From positions 992,001 through 1,056,000 of the forward strand of contig NC_134027.1 of NCBI RefSeq assembly GCF_964204645.1: a DNA stretch of 64,000 nt, read 5' to 3'. The position numbers and the translations under genes are program-made. The stretch is from Tubulanus polymorphus. Its lineage: Eukaryota > Animalia > Nemertea. The notes under the pieces were generated by a model. It was not told where the DNA came from. It was given only the letters and a program-made list of their open reading frames with translations, and ran no database searches. Of this stretch, positions 38,890-52,200 are shown piece by piece. The stretch's first letter is position 1; each line of letters starts with the position of its first letter.

Positions 38890-41800
38890 TCTGTTCAAGG
38901 CTTGTGTCGTTTATGAAGCGAAGATTTTGAAATATCAATAGCTACTTTTCTGAATTTATCATTTGTCGCGCAATACACGATAAAATTTACTGATGAATCG
39001 ATGATAGAAAATCCTAACGCTACTTGTCTCATACCTAGAAAACCATGGATACCTGATCTACAGTAAATATTGCTAACCTGTGGTAAAAACCAAACCCTTC
39101 ACAAATAATAAACAATAAAACTACTGATAAAACCATCCTTAAGACCCTCATTTCCCTTCTAGACGATTCATCAGTTACATCGAGCTGTGAACGTCGAGTA
39201 ACCCGACGGTAAAATATCACCGAAATAAGAATTATATTGATACATATCAAAATACAAATTGGAAAAATAGTAGTAAGATACAGGAATAGATATATCCCAG
39301 ACTTGTAACTGGTGTTGTCGAACATCTCATAAACTGTTTCTTCTCTGCCTATTTGACAAAATAATTCTATTTTCGCTTATTTGACAAAACGTCCCGTGAA
39401 TTGAAGAAATACCGTAATCAGTTTTGCAATGACGATTCTATTCTTTACACAGATTTTTATGACATATTATGGTAATGAAATCAATTTTGCATGATACAAT
39501 TTATTATCCTATTATGAAATTGCTGTAGGGTTTAAATCTATTTACGTATTGACATCGAGAGCAAAAGCAGGCTATAATATATTTCATTAGAGTGAAAAAG
39601 AAATCGCTACTTAATTTCAGATACATTTAGACGATGTACTTGTTTTTAGACGATGTACTTGTTTTTAGACGATGTACTTGTTTTTAGAAGATATACTTGT
39701 TTTTAGACGATGTACTTGTTTTGTTTTGCTTTGATTTGACTCTTAGTAGTTTTACGGGACTATCTCTCATAAGATGTGGCACTGCTAAAAGGCCCGGGAT
39801 CGCCTGGACATAAACTAAACTCCTTTTAGCTCGGTACCGTTCAAATGGAAAGCTCTTCTACTCATAGATTCTCAACTCAGAATCCAGTCTACTCAAAAAA
39901 TGTAATTTCGTCTACCAGGTCCTGGCTTTTAGCTAGACTGGTTGCCTGTCCAATTCAGCGCTAAATGCATTCGCAGTCGAATACTGAAGGTAGAGACCGG
40001 CACCCAGTCTAGGCTTCTAGCAAATCATTACCCGCATGCCACAGTAGGAATATGTGTTGTCTGGTTAGTTCACATGTTCACCGCCAACGTTCTTTAGAGT
40101 GGCAGCACTTGACGGTCGATAGAGAAGTAGATAGAAAATCAATGTTGAGCCTCTGAAATCCACTTAAAAACCCAAACACATCAAGTTTCAAGAAGAAAAC
40201 TGTCTTTATTAATTACAGAACTGATGAAGAGTTGTAGATAGAGGAGCTGCATAAACCTGGCGTTGAGTCAGTTAAACGTTAAGACAGATGTATTGTACTT
40301 TATAGGTTAATTTTTGTAACCATGAAAAAATATCAAACTTGACATTTCTTTACTTTTATCATCTACTGACAAGCCACAATCTGGAGACTGCATGGCACCC
40401 AACACGACACATGTGATGTTCAATTATGGCAAAAAACAACTCTTTTTTTCATAAAACTTGGTACTTTATTCGTCTTTCTCTGATATCACAAAATGTTTTT
40501 TTTTAATGTGAATATTTTATGTTATTATTTATACTCAATTTTTTTAAATATCTACAACATATTTTCTACAGTAGCGCGGAGCAGTATATAACAGTAGACC
40601 AGAACGAATTGATTCAAGACTTATTTAAGATATGAAAATGCAAGTCCTGGTCAGTCAATTATCATCGACATCATTATCATTCGGGAAAATACCGTATTCA
40701 TTCATATCACTGAAAAAAACAAAAAAAAGACACTTCGCAGGAATTATTCAAAACTCAACCAGTTGCACGGTTCAAAAACGTTCTTATATCTTCAGATTAG
40801 CCTTATTAGTTACTAGATTGGTTATAGAACTAAGATGAGCTTAGAATGGTCTTCTCGTTATTAGATTGGTTATAGAACTAAATATAATCAGAATTAGAAT
40901 TAGATTATTAAACAATGTAAGGAAAAAACATCGAATTAAACACAATTAAATCCAAACACAAGTTGAATTTTCACTTGACTAGCACTCAATTTCAGCGTAA
41001 CTTATCGAAGCCTTTCAAAAAACTTCCTAGAATTTTACTCCTGACGTCCAAGCGTTGTACTATAATTATCAAGAAGATCTCACAGAGTCTCCTGATGAAA
41101 CATTGCTCATCCCAGTTCCACAGTCAAGTTGGATTCCAAATTAGTTGGTTGCTAATATTCAACTACAAGTCAAACTTGCTTAAGTCGCCATAGGTGTGAC
41201 AATAATTTTGTTGAGGACTTATCAAAATTACAGTTTACACTTGTAAATTGGGGCTAAAAAGAGGATTTCAGTAATGCGATAACAACTTAAGTGATATCAC
41301 TGATTGCCATTTTCGAAGCCAAATAGGGAAATATAGATGAGAACGGATCATGATATACGGCCAATATGAGGGGCAATTTATGAATACCAAACGACGGCCA
41401 CGTAAAAATTGAGAAAAATCACCACAAAAGCTTAACAGTGAAATAAACACCATCGCCCAAACTGATATCAACTTCTTTGGAAATTTACGAGATTTTATAG
41501 GAAACAATACGACGATTAACCGCTCTAGACTGAGCAGTACAGTGCACCAGTTACGCGTCATCTGAAAAATATAGAAAAACGGCACAGCGACCGAGATAAA
41601 AATCCAACCGCAATGCCAATCATTTCTGCGGAACAAAATATCACCCAAAACGGCGTAAATGTACGCAGTTCTCAGCGGATACAGAATGAATGTAGCGATC
41701 ATAAACAAAAGATCGTTTACAGCGAGAATTTTGATGAGAAAATAAACATCTGATTTAAATCGTTTTAGAACAAATAGCGTGAATGCGTTGGAATATCAAA

Positions 41801-41942
41801 CCCAGTACTGACGCCGGTAGATACGAGCATAAGTAAGTTATAACAGTGAACTTGTTGTATACCTAACAGGAAGAGCTTGATGTCCCAGACACCAGTTGAA
41901 TCGACGTGTTGCCAATGTAGTCGTAATGTTGTAATTAAACAT
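38890..41942 (-). pseudogene. Disrupted class A GPCR: N-half ~41942-41330, C-half ~39335-38890, separated by ~2 kb
   Basis: N-half NAFTLFVL..ILAVNDLLF..QMTRNWCTVLLSLERLIVVLFP; C-half IFPICILICIN..RVLRMVLSVVLLFIICE..(frameshift)..IDSSVNFIVYC; frameshifts near TM1 and before TM7. Confidence 0.7.
39646..39722. repeat. 20-bp tandem repeat x4
   Basis: tttagacgatgtacttgttt. Confidence 0.9.
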
Positions 41943-43851
41943 CTGACTTTTCAACCATTTGATTTTCCCATTGTGTTAAATTTGAATGAATTCATCAGTA
42001 AAACTTTCAGTGAATGAGACGTAAATTAAATCTAGAAATATTCTCTTCGTGTTAATATAAACTGCTTCCATTCACTACTGATGAAATAAGTTGCGGAACG
42101 TGTGCAAAATCCCCGGATTATTTAGATATCAATCCGGCTGTGATGAAAGAGTCGGCCCTCTGAATCAATGCCTTGGGTTCGAACCCGCCACTCCACTACG
42201 TTTGTAGACATTTTATTCCATATTCCGATAGATGGCGCTTGTGAAATGCGGTAAATTACGAATATTTACAACGATTAATTCTAGCTATTTGATAGTTTAT
42301 CGAAATTCCAATCGGTGGCGATAATAGTTATATGTATAATTGTATCGTACAGTCCTATTTAACTTCAGTTGAAGATTAGGACCATTCCCAATATAAGTGG
42401 TATCTACGTTCGAACCCAGAACACCTTTACATGTCCTTCTTTTCTGCATCAGGACCACTCTGAATAATTACTGGGACACCCCAGCTCATCGTCTACTTCA
42501 GCATCATGGCCTATCAGAAACAGCTCGAGAAACTATCGATGGAGTTCGTACCTGACACAGTTATTTTTCAGTGTAGTACAGAATGTATTCAAGGAAACAA
42601 CTGCGAAAAGACAAATTAATTATTCCATTAATGGTGGAATTAGTGTCCAAAATGCAGGTTGATAGCTGCATAAATAGTCAAATAAATGAAAGTCTCTGAG
42701 ACCTTAGAGTAATCAGACAAGATCGGTCTGCACTCCAAGCCGAGAGAAAGGTGTCGATCTGTTGCCTGGACCCCAGACATTCTATCTGAAAGGGGTTGGG
42801 TGGAGGGTTCAAGCTGTGTTTGAAGAGCGAGTACGTCAGATTCTATAGAAGGTCTAAAGTCTAAACGAGTGTCTGAAGGGTATGGGTGGGGACTGGAGTA
42901 TCCTCAGCAAATAGGGTAGTGCCAAGCTGCTGCAGATTGCTCCTCATTTTCAGTAGATCCTTAGTTATATACAAATCTCATGATTGAAAGTGAAATTGTC
43001 GTATTAAGGGGGAAATGCTGGAAATCTGATCGTAAACACAATCGTATCAATGAGGTTCAACTGTCGTCCTGTTCATTTAATTCACTTCCAGAGAAATAAG
43101 AATCCATGTACAATAGACTTGACTAACTCGAATCAATTAAGACAAGGTGATAATTGTCACCCACAGATAAAAGAATTTCAATGCAATAGTTCAATGGGTT
43201 TATGTCCGAGTTGATGTAAGCTTGGAGAATCATTACTCAAAGATAAAAGTAACTGGACTTGAAATGATTCTAGTTAAGAGAGTCCACCGTACATTATATA
43301 AAGAAAAAATAACACATATAATTTGTAGAGAACAACTGACCACTAATGATACTGATGTTAAAGTTCAAATGGTATTCATTGACAATAGTTCAACAGATAA
43401 TCAAACACCATAAAATCAATGTATTCATCAATATCATAATCAAAGTCCAGAGCAAACTGTGTATCTTGAGTTAAGTGTTTAACATCCTCAGAATGTGATG
43501 CAACACAAAAACATTTTAAAGAAATAAATGTATTTACAAAAACAAACGCAAAGTCACAAGTACATAATCTCCACATATACAGTGCATTCATTCATCACTG
43601 TAACAAAACTCTAAACCAAAGTTTGACATCCTCAATTATCATTTATAAAATAATTTAACCATCACAACAAAAACAGGAGAAGCCCTTTGAAATGTATGCA
43701 TTAAAAACGCAAAGTCGCAGCACATCAGTAATTAATAACCCACAATCAGATTCAACAACAAACCAGCCAATCAAACCATCAGTTCATATTTATTTTTCAA
43801 TAGATGTACAATGTATATTTACATTTTACCTATACCTGAAGCTATCAGCCT

Positions 43852-44647
43852 CGGAGAAATTGGTTGGCATCTCTGGAACTACGATAACTCGCGGTAACAA
43901 ACACTGAAAGTCCCGCTTTGACAAAGAAATTGTTCGGCATCTCTGGAACTACCGATAACTCGCGGTAACAAACACTGAAAGTCATGATTTGACGGAGAAA
44001 ATGTTCAGCATCTCTGGAACTACCGATAACTCGCGGTAACAATCACTGAAAGTCCCGATTTGACGGAGAAATTGTTCGGCATCTCTGGAACTACGATAAC
44101 TCGCGGTAACAAACACTGAAAGTCATGATTTGACAGAGAAATTGTTCGGCATCTCTGGAACTACGATAACTCGCGGTAACAAACACTGAAAGTCATGATT
44201 TGACGGAGAAATTGGTCGGCATCTCTGGAACTACGATAACTCGCGGTAACAAACACTGAAAGTCCCGAATTGACGGAGAAATTGGTCGGCATCTCTGGAA
44301 CTGCGCTAACTCGCGGTAACAAACACTGAAAGTCCCGATTTGATGGAAAAATTGTTCGGCATTTCTGGAACTACGATAACTCACGGTAACAAACACTGAA
44401 AGTCCCGATTTGATGGAAAAATTGGTCGGCATCTCTGGAACTACGATAACTCGCGGTAACAAACACTGAAAGTCATGATTTGACAGAGAAATTGGTCGGC
44501 ATCTCTGGAACTACGATAACTCGTGGTAACAAACACTGAAAGTCCCGATTTGACAGGGAAATTGGTCGGCATCTCTGGAACTACGATAACTCGCGGTAAC
44601 AATCACTGAAAGTCCCGATTTGATGGAGAAATTGGTCGGCATCTCTG
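43852..44647. repeat. Minisatellite, 70-bp unit, about 11 copies
   Basis: tcgcggtaac recurs at 44031, 44101, 44171 ... 44591. Confidence 0.97.
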
Positions 44648-45965
44648 ATTTGATCTTTTCATGTCATCTGATATTCTACAGCCAACCAAAAACTCAATAC
44701 TACAATGACAAAACACAAAATATGAATAATGATATCATTTTTGAGACTCTTCTTAAAAATAAATTTCAATTATACCTGATTTTTAGTCGATTCAGACTCC
44801 TGACTCATTTCTTCATGAGGAAATTGATCTGCATCATCGGTATCGTTTCCATTTTGATATCTGGTATTGTGTGACGAATAACTCAATACTAACTACAACA
44901 ACAATGTACTAAATATAAACCATGATTTTCATTCATAAGACTCTTCATAAAAACAAAATTCGACTAATTTCAATTTTACCTGATTTATAGTCAATTCAGA
45001 TTCATGACTCGGACCTTGAGGAATTTGCTCAACACTTTGTGAACTCTGATGTTTTCCTTTCCTCTGGTTTTGCACGTCACTTACAACAACAACAAACAGT
45101 CAACTGGCTACAACAAAAATACATAAAATAAAAGTAGTAATCATCTTCATTGAGTCGACTGTTCCTGCGAAGAAATTCAAGTTAAATTTTACCTGATTCA
45201 TAGTCAATCTAAACTCATGACTTAAAAGAGAAATTGCTCAGAACCTCAGCAACTGCTCGTATCTTCTTGAACTTTCGGTTTGATGTGGAGATCCCCCAAG
45301 AATATCTCCGATTTCAGCATACAAACACTGAATGAAGTCCTTATTTGACAGGGAAATTGGTCGGCATCTCTGATCTGATCTTTTCCTGTCGTCTGATATT
45401 CTACGGCCAACCACAAGCTCAATACATGTGCTACAATGTGAAAACACAAAATATAAATAATGAATTAAGACTCTTCTTAAAAAGAAACATAAAAAATAAA
45501 TTACAATTATACCTGATTTATAGTCAATTCAGATTCATGACTCGGACCTTGATGAATTTGCTCAACACTTTGTGAACTCTGATGTTTCCTTTCCTCTGGT
45601 TTTGAGCGTCTCTAACAACAACAGTCCACTGGCTACAACAAAAATACATAAAATAAATGTAACCATCTTCTTTAAGTCGACTGTTCCTGCAAAGAAGTTC
45701 ATATCAAGTACAACATTAAGTACAATTTTACCTGATTTATAGTCAATTCAGACTTATGACACCTTAAATATTTCTCAACAATAACTGGAACGATCCTGAA
45801 TGTTTCCTGTCGATCGTTTGGTATTTTGTACTTGCCGACCAAATCAATACACGCTACAACAGGGAAATATGAAATACATGTAATACTAACTTACTGTCCT
45901 AGTTGAGAACATTATTATCTACAAATAAATTCATAGCAATTTATACTATACCTGATTTATAGTCT
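44620..45965 (-). repeat. Repeated exon-intron-like units, including a local duplication (44620-45240 vs 45340-45770)
   Basis: Recurrent acctgatttatagtc (minus-strand ...aaatcag|gt donor) and ctacaa (ttgtag| acceptor). Confidence 0.65.
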
Positions 45966-46261
45966 TTACTTAGTGAAATTTCTAAGAACCTCAGGAACTT
46001 TCAGTATCATCTTGAACTTTCTGTTTGGGGGGGGGGGGGGTTGTGGTGGAGAGTCCTCAGTGGAGTACCTCAGATTTCTGCTGACAACAGACACCAATCC
46101 AACACTTCTCTTTCTGGTACTTTCATCTTTCTCTTTCCTCTCGTTTTTTACAAATTGATATTTAATTACTTTACATTTTGATATTTTTACCATCATAAAA
46201 TGTTTTTCTTTACATCATCGTTATTTGAGATTGTACAAGGAATGATACAAATAATACGTTA

Positions 46262-49200
46262 TTGATATATATTACAATATATACACAGAACCAACACCAG
46301 CGACATTTCAATGATTCAACCACCACAAAGCTATCGATGGATAGCTGTTTTGATTATTTATACATTTAAAACGTTAAGTCGCAAAAAGGACGATCAGGAA
46401 ACATAATCAGTCCCAATTCACCGACATATATTACAATATATACACAGAACCAACACCAGCGACATTTCAATGATTCAACCACCACAAAGCTATCGATGGA
46501 TAGCTGTTTTGATTATTTATACATTTAAAACGTTAAGTCGCAATAAGGACGATCAGGAAACATAATCAATCCCAAATCACCGACATATATTCAGAACCAA
46601 CACCAGCGACATTTCAATGATTTAACTAACCACCACAAAGCTATCGATGGATAGCTGTTTGAATATTTATACATTTAAAACGTAAAGTCGTAATGAGGAT
46701 GATCAGGAAACATAATCAGTCCCAATTCACCGACATATATTACAATATATACACAGAACCAACACCAGCGACATTTCAATGATTCAACAACCACAAAGCT
46801 ATCGATGGATAGCTGTTTTGAATATTTATACATTTAAAGCGTTAAGTCGCAATAAGGACGATCAGGAAACATAATCAGTCCCAATTAACTGATATATATT
46901 ACAATATATACACTGAACCAACACCAGCGACATTTCAATGATTCAACCACCACAAAGCTATCGATGGATAGCTGTTTTGAATATTTATACATTTAAAATG
47001 TTAAGTCGTAATGAGGACAATCAGGAAACATAATCAGTCCCAATTAACTGATATATATTACAATATCTACACAGAACCAACACCAGCTACATTTCAATGA
47101 TTCAACCACCACAAAGCTATCGAGGGATAGCTGTTTTGAATATTTATACATTTAAAACGTAAAGTCGTAATGAGGACGATCAGGAAACATAATCAATCCC
47201 AATTCACTGAAATATATTACAATATATACACAGAACCAACACCAGCGACATTTCAATGATTCAACCACCACAAAGCTATCGATGGATAGCTGTTTTGAAT
47301 ATTTATACATATTAAACGTTAAGTCGCAATAAGGACGATCAGGAAACATAATCAATCCCAAATCACCGACATATATTCAGAACCAACACCAGCGACATTT
47401 CAATGATTTAACTAACCACCACAAAGCTATCGATGGATAGCTGTTTGAATATTTATACATTTAAAACGTAAAGTCGTAATGAGGATGATCAGGAAACATA
47501 ATCAGTCCCAATTCACCGACATATATTACAATATATACACAGAACCAACACCAGCGACATTTCAATGATTCAACAACCACAAAGCTATCGATGGATAGCT
47601 GTTTTGAATATTTATACATTTAAAGCGTTAAGTCGCAATAAGGACGATCAGGAAACATAATCAGTCCCAATTAACTGATATATATTACAATATATACACA
47701 GAACCAACACCAGCCACATTTCAATGATTCAACCACCACAAAGCTATCAATGGATAGCTGTTTTGAATATTTATACATTTAAAACGTTAAGTCGCAATAA
47801 GGACGATCAGGAAACATAATCAATCCCAAATCACCGACATATATTCAGAACCAACACCAGCGACATTTCAATGATTCAACCACCACAAAGCTATCGATGG
47901 ATAGCTGTTTTGAATATTTATACATTTAAAACGTTAAGTCGCAATAAGGACGATCAGGAAACATAATCAATCCCAAATCACCGACAAATATTCAGAACGT
48001 TTGAATATTTATACATTTAAAACGTAAAGTCGTAATGAGGATGATCAGGAAACATAATCAATCCCAATTCACTGACATATATTACAATATATACACAGGA
48101 CCAACACCAGCGACAATTCAATGATTCAACCACCACAAAGCTATCGATGGATAGCTGTTTTGAATATTTATACATTTAAAACGTAAAGTCGTAATTAGGA
48201 CGATCAGGAAACTAGTGAATCCCAATTCACCGATACATATTACAATATATATATATATACACAGAACCAACACCAGCGACATTTCAATGATTCAACCACC
48301 ACAAAGCTATCGATGGATAGCTGTTTTGAATATTTATACATTTAAAATGCTAAGTTGTAATGAGGACGATCAGGAAGCATAACTCGCCCAAACTCAATAT
48401 CACCCCATAACAGAGTGTATTAATTAACACGCAGCAGCAAGCTGCATTATTAAAGGAGGTCATCAGTGTTGTAACACACTGACAATTCAGTTTGTTTGTC
48501 ACGTTTCTACATGACAATTGAAGAAGGAAGGAGGAGACTCCTGCACTCAATATCACTCCAAAACAGAGTGTATTAATTAACACCCAGCACCAAGCAGCAG
48601 TATTAAAGGAGGTCATCAGTGTTGTAACACACTGACAATTCAGTTTGTTTGTCACGTTTCTACATGACAGTTGAAGAAGGAAGGAGGAGACTCCTGAACT
48701 CAATATCACCCCTGAACAGAATGTATCAATTAACACGCAGCAGCAAGCAGCAGTATTAAAGGAGGTCATCAGTGTTGTAACACACAGACAATTCAGTTTG
48801 TTTGTCACGTTTCTACATGACAATTGAAGAAGGAAGGAGGAGACTCCTGCACTCAATATTACCCCAAAACAGAGTGTATTAATTAACACCCAGCACCAAG
48901 CAGCAGTATTAAAGGAGGTCATCAGTGTTGTAACAAACTGACAATTCAGTTTGTTTGTCACGTTTCGACATGACAGTTGAAGAAGGAAGGAGGAGACTCC
49001 TGATTTCAATATCACCCCAAAAACAAAGCCAGCAGCAAGCAGCAGTATTAAAGGAGGCCATCAGTGTTGTACCAAACTGACAATTCAGTTTGTTTGTCAC
49101 GTTTCGACCTGACAATTGAAGAAGGAAGGAGGAGACTCCTGAACTCAATATCACCCCAAAACAGAGTGTATTAATTAACACCCAGCAGCAAGCAGCAGTA

Positions 49201-52200
49201 TTAAAGGAGGTCATCAGTGTTGTAACAAACTGACAATTCAGTTTGTTTGTTACGTTTCGACATGACAGTTGAAGAAGGAAGGAGGAGACTCCTGATTTCA
49301 ATATCACCCCAAAAACAAAGCCAGCAGCAAGCAGCAGTATTAAAGGAGGCCACCAGTGTTGTACCAAACTGACAATTCAGTTTGTTTGTCACGTTTCTAC
49401 GTGACAACTGAAGAAGGAAGGAGGAGACTCCTGCACTCAATATCACCCCTGAACAGAATGTATCAATTAACAACCAGCACCAAGCAGCAGTATTAAAGGA
49501 GGCCATCAGTGTTGTAACAAACTGACAATTCAGTTTGTTTGTCACGTTTCTACATGACAGTTGAAGAAGGAAGGAGGAGACTCCTGAACTCAATATTACC
49601 CCAAAACAGAGTGTATTAATTAACACCCAGCAGCAAGCAGCAGTATTAAAGGAGGTCATCAGTGTTGCACCACACTGACAATTTAGTTTGTTTGTCACGT
49701 TTCTACATGACAGTTAATAACCTCCAAGTGCAAGGAACCAAAGTGAAGCTATCAAACAATAGCATCTTTGAGTATAACACTTTTAAAATCCGTAATATAA
49801 TAATAATTTGCTGCTACAATATATACACAGAACCAACACCAGCGACATTTCAATGATTCAACCACCACAAAGCTATCGATGGATAGCTGTTTTGAATATT
49901 TATACATTTAAAACGTAAAGTCGTAATAAGGACGATCAGGAAACATAATCAATCTCAATTCACCGACATATATTACAATATATACACAGAACCAACACCA
50001 GCGACATTTCAATGATTCAACCACCACAAAGCTATCGATGGATAGCTGTTTGAATATTTATACATTTAAAACGTAAAGGCATAATGAGGACGATCAGGAA
50101 ACATAATCAATCTCAATTCACCGACATATATTACAATATATACACAGAACCAACACCAGCGACATTTCAATGATTCAACCACCACAAAGCTATCGATGGA
50201 TAGCTGTTTTGAATATTTATACATTTAAAACGTTCAGTCGCAATAAGGACGATCAGGAAACAAAATCAGTCCAAATTAACTGATATATATTATAATATAT
50301 ACACTGAACCAACACCAGCCACATTTCAATGATTCAGCCACCACAAAGCTATCGATGGATAGCTGTTTTGAATATTTATACATTTAAAACGTTAAGTCGC
50401 AATAAGGACGATCAAGAAACATAATCAGTCCCAATTAACTGATACATATTACAATATATACACTGAACCAACACCAGCGACATTTCAATGATTCAACCAC
50501 CACAAAGCTATCGATGGATAGCTGTTTTGAATATTTATACATTTAATACGTAAAGTCGTAATGAGGACGATCAGGAAACATAACTCGCCCAAACTCAATA
50601 TCACCCCATAACAGAGTGTATTAATTAACACGCAGCAGCAAGCTGCAGTATTAAAGGAGGTCATCAGTGTTGTAACACACTGAAAATTCAGTTTGTTTGT
50701 CACGTTTCTACATGACAGTTGAAGAAGGAAGGAGGAGACTCCTGCACTCAATATCACCCCAAAACAGAGTGTATCAATTAACACCACCAGCAAGCAGCAG
50801 TATTTAAGGAGGCCATCAGTGTTGTAACACACTGACAATTCAGTTTGTTTGTCACGTTTCTACATGACAGTTGAAGAAGGAAGGAGGAGACTCCTGTACT
50901 CAATATCACTCCAAAACAGAGTGTATTAATTAACACCCAGCACCAAGCAGCAGGATTAAAGGAGGTCATCAGTGTTGTAACACACTGATAATTCAGTTTG
51001 TTTGTCACGTTTCTACATGACAGTTGAAGAAGGAAGGAGGAGACTCCTGAACTCAATATCACCCCTGAACAGAATGTATCAATTAACACGCAGCAGCAAG
51101 CAGCAGTATTAAAGGAGGTCATCAGTGTTGTAACACACTGACAATTCAGTTTGTTTGTCACGTTTCTACATGACAATTGAAGCAGGAAAGAGGAGACTCC
51201 TGAACTGAATATCACCCCAAAACAGAGCCAGCAGCAAGCAGCAGTATTTAAGGAGGATGATTTATGATGTTACAATGTTTAAGGTAATTAGTCTTATTGT
51301 AATAATGTTTAATGTAATAATTCAAGAAGTTCAGGGAAGGAGGTAAGAATTAACAAGCACCAGCAACGTGCAGTATTGAAGGAGGCCATCAGTGTTGTAC
51401 TAAACTGACAATTCAGTTTGTTTGTCACGTTTCTACGTGACAACTGAAGAAGGAAGGAGGAGACTCCTGCACTCAATATCACCCCTGAACAGAATGTATC
51501 AATTAACAACCAGCACCAAGCAGCAGTATTAAAGGAGGCCATCAGTGTTGTAACAAACTGACAATTCAGTTTGTTTGTCACGTTTCTACATGACAGTTGA
51601 AGAAGGAAGGAGGAGACTCCTGAACTCAATATTACCCCAAAACAGAGTGTATTAATTAACACCCAGCAGCAAGCAGCAGTATTAAAGGAGGTCATCAGTG
51701 TTGTACCACACTGACAATTTAGTTTGTTTGTCACGTTTCTACATGACAGTTAATAACCTCCAAGTGCAAGGAACCAAAGTGAAGCTATCAAACAATAGCA
51801 TCTTTGAGTATAACACTTTTAAAATCCGTAATATAATAATAATTTGCTGCTACAATATATACACAGAACCAACACCAGCGACATTTCAATGATTCAACCA
51901 CCACAAAGCTATCGATGGATAGCTGTTTGAATATTTATGCATTTAAAACGTAAAGTCGTAATAAGGACGATCAGGAAACATAATGAGTCCCAATTCACCG
52001 ACATATATAACAATATATACAAAGTACCAACACCAGCGACATTTCAATGATTCAACCACCACAAAGCTATCGATGGATAGCTGTTTGAATATTTATACAT
52101 TTAAAACGTAAAGTCGTAATGAGGACGATCAGGAAACATAATCAATCCCAATTCACCGACATATATTACAATATATACACAGAACCAACACCAGCGACAT

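Noticed and set aside
43852-44647. Hammerhead in the 70-bp repeat (ctgaaag...gaaattggtc)
   Set aside because: Core lacks CUGAnGA, and stems I and II do not form convincingly.
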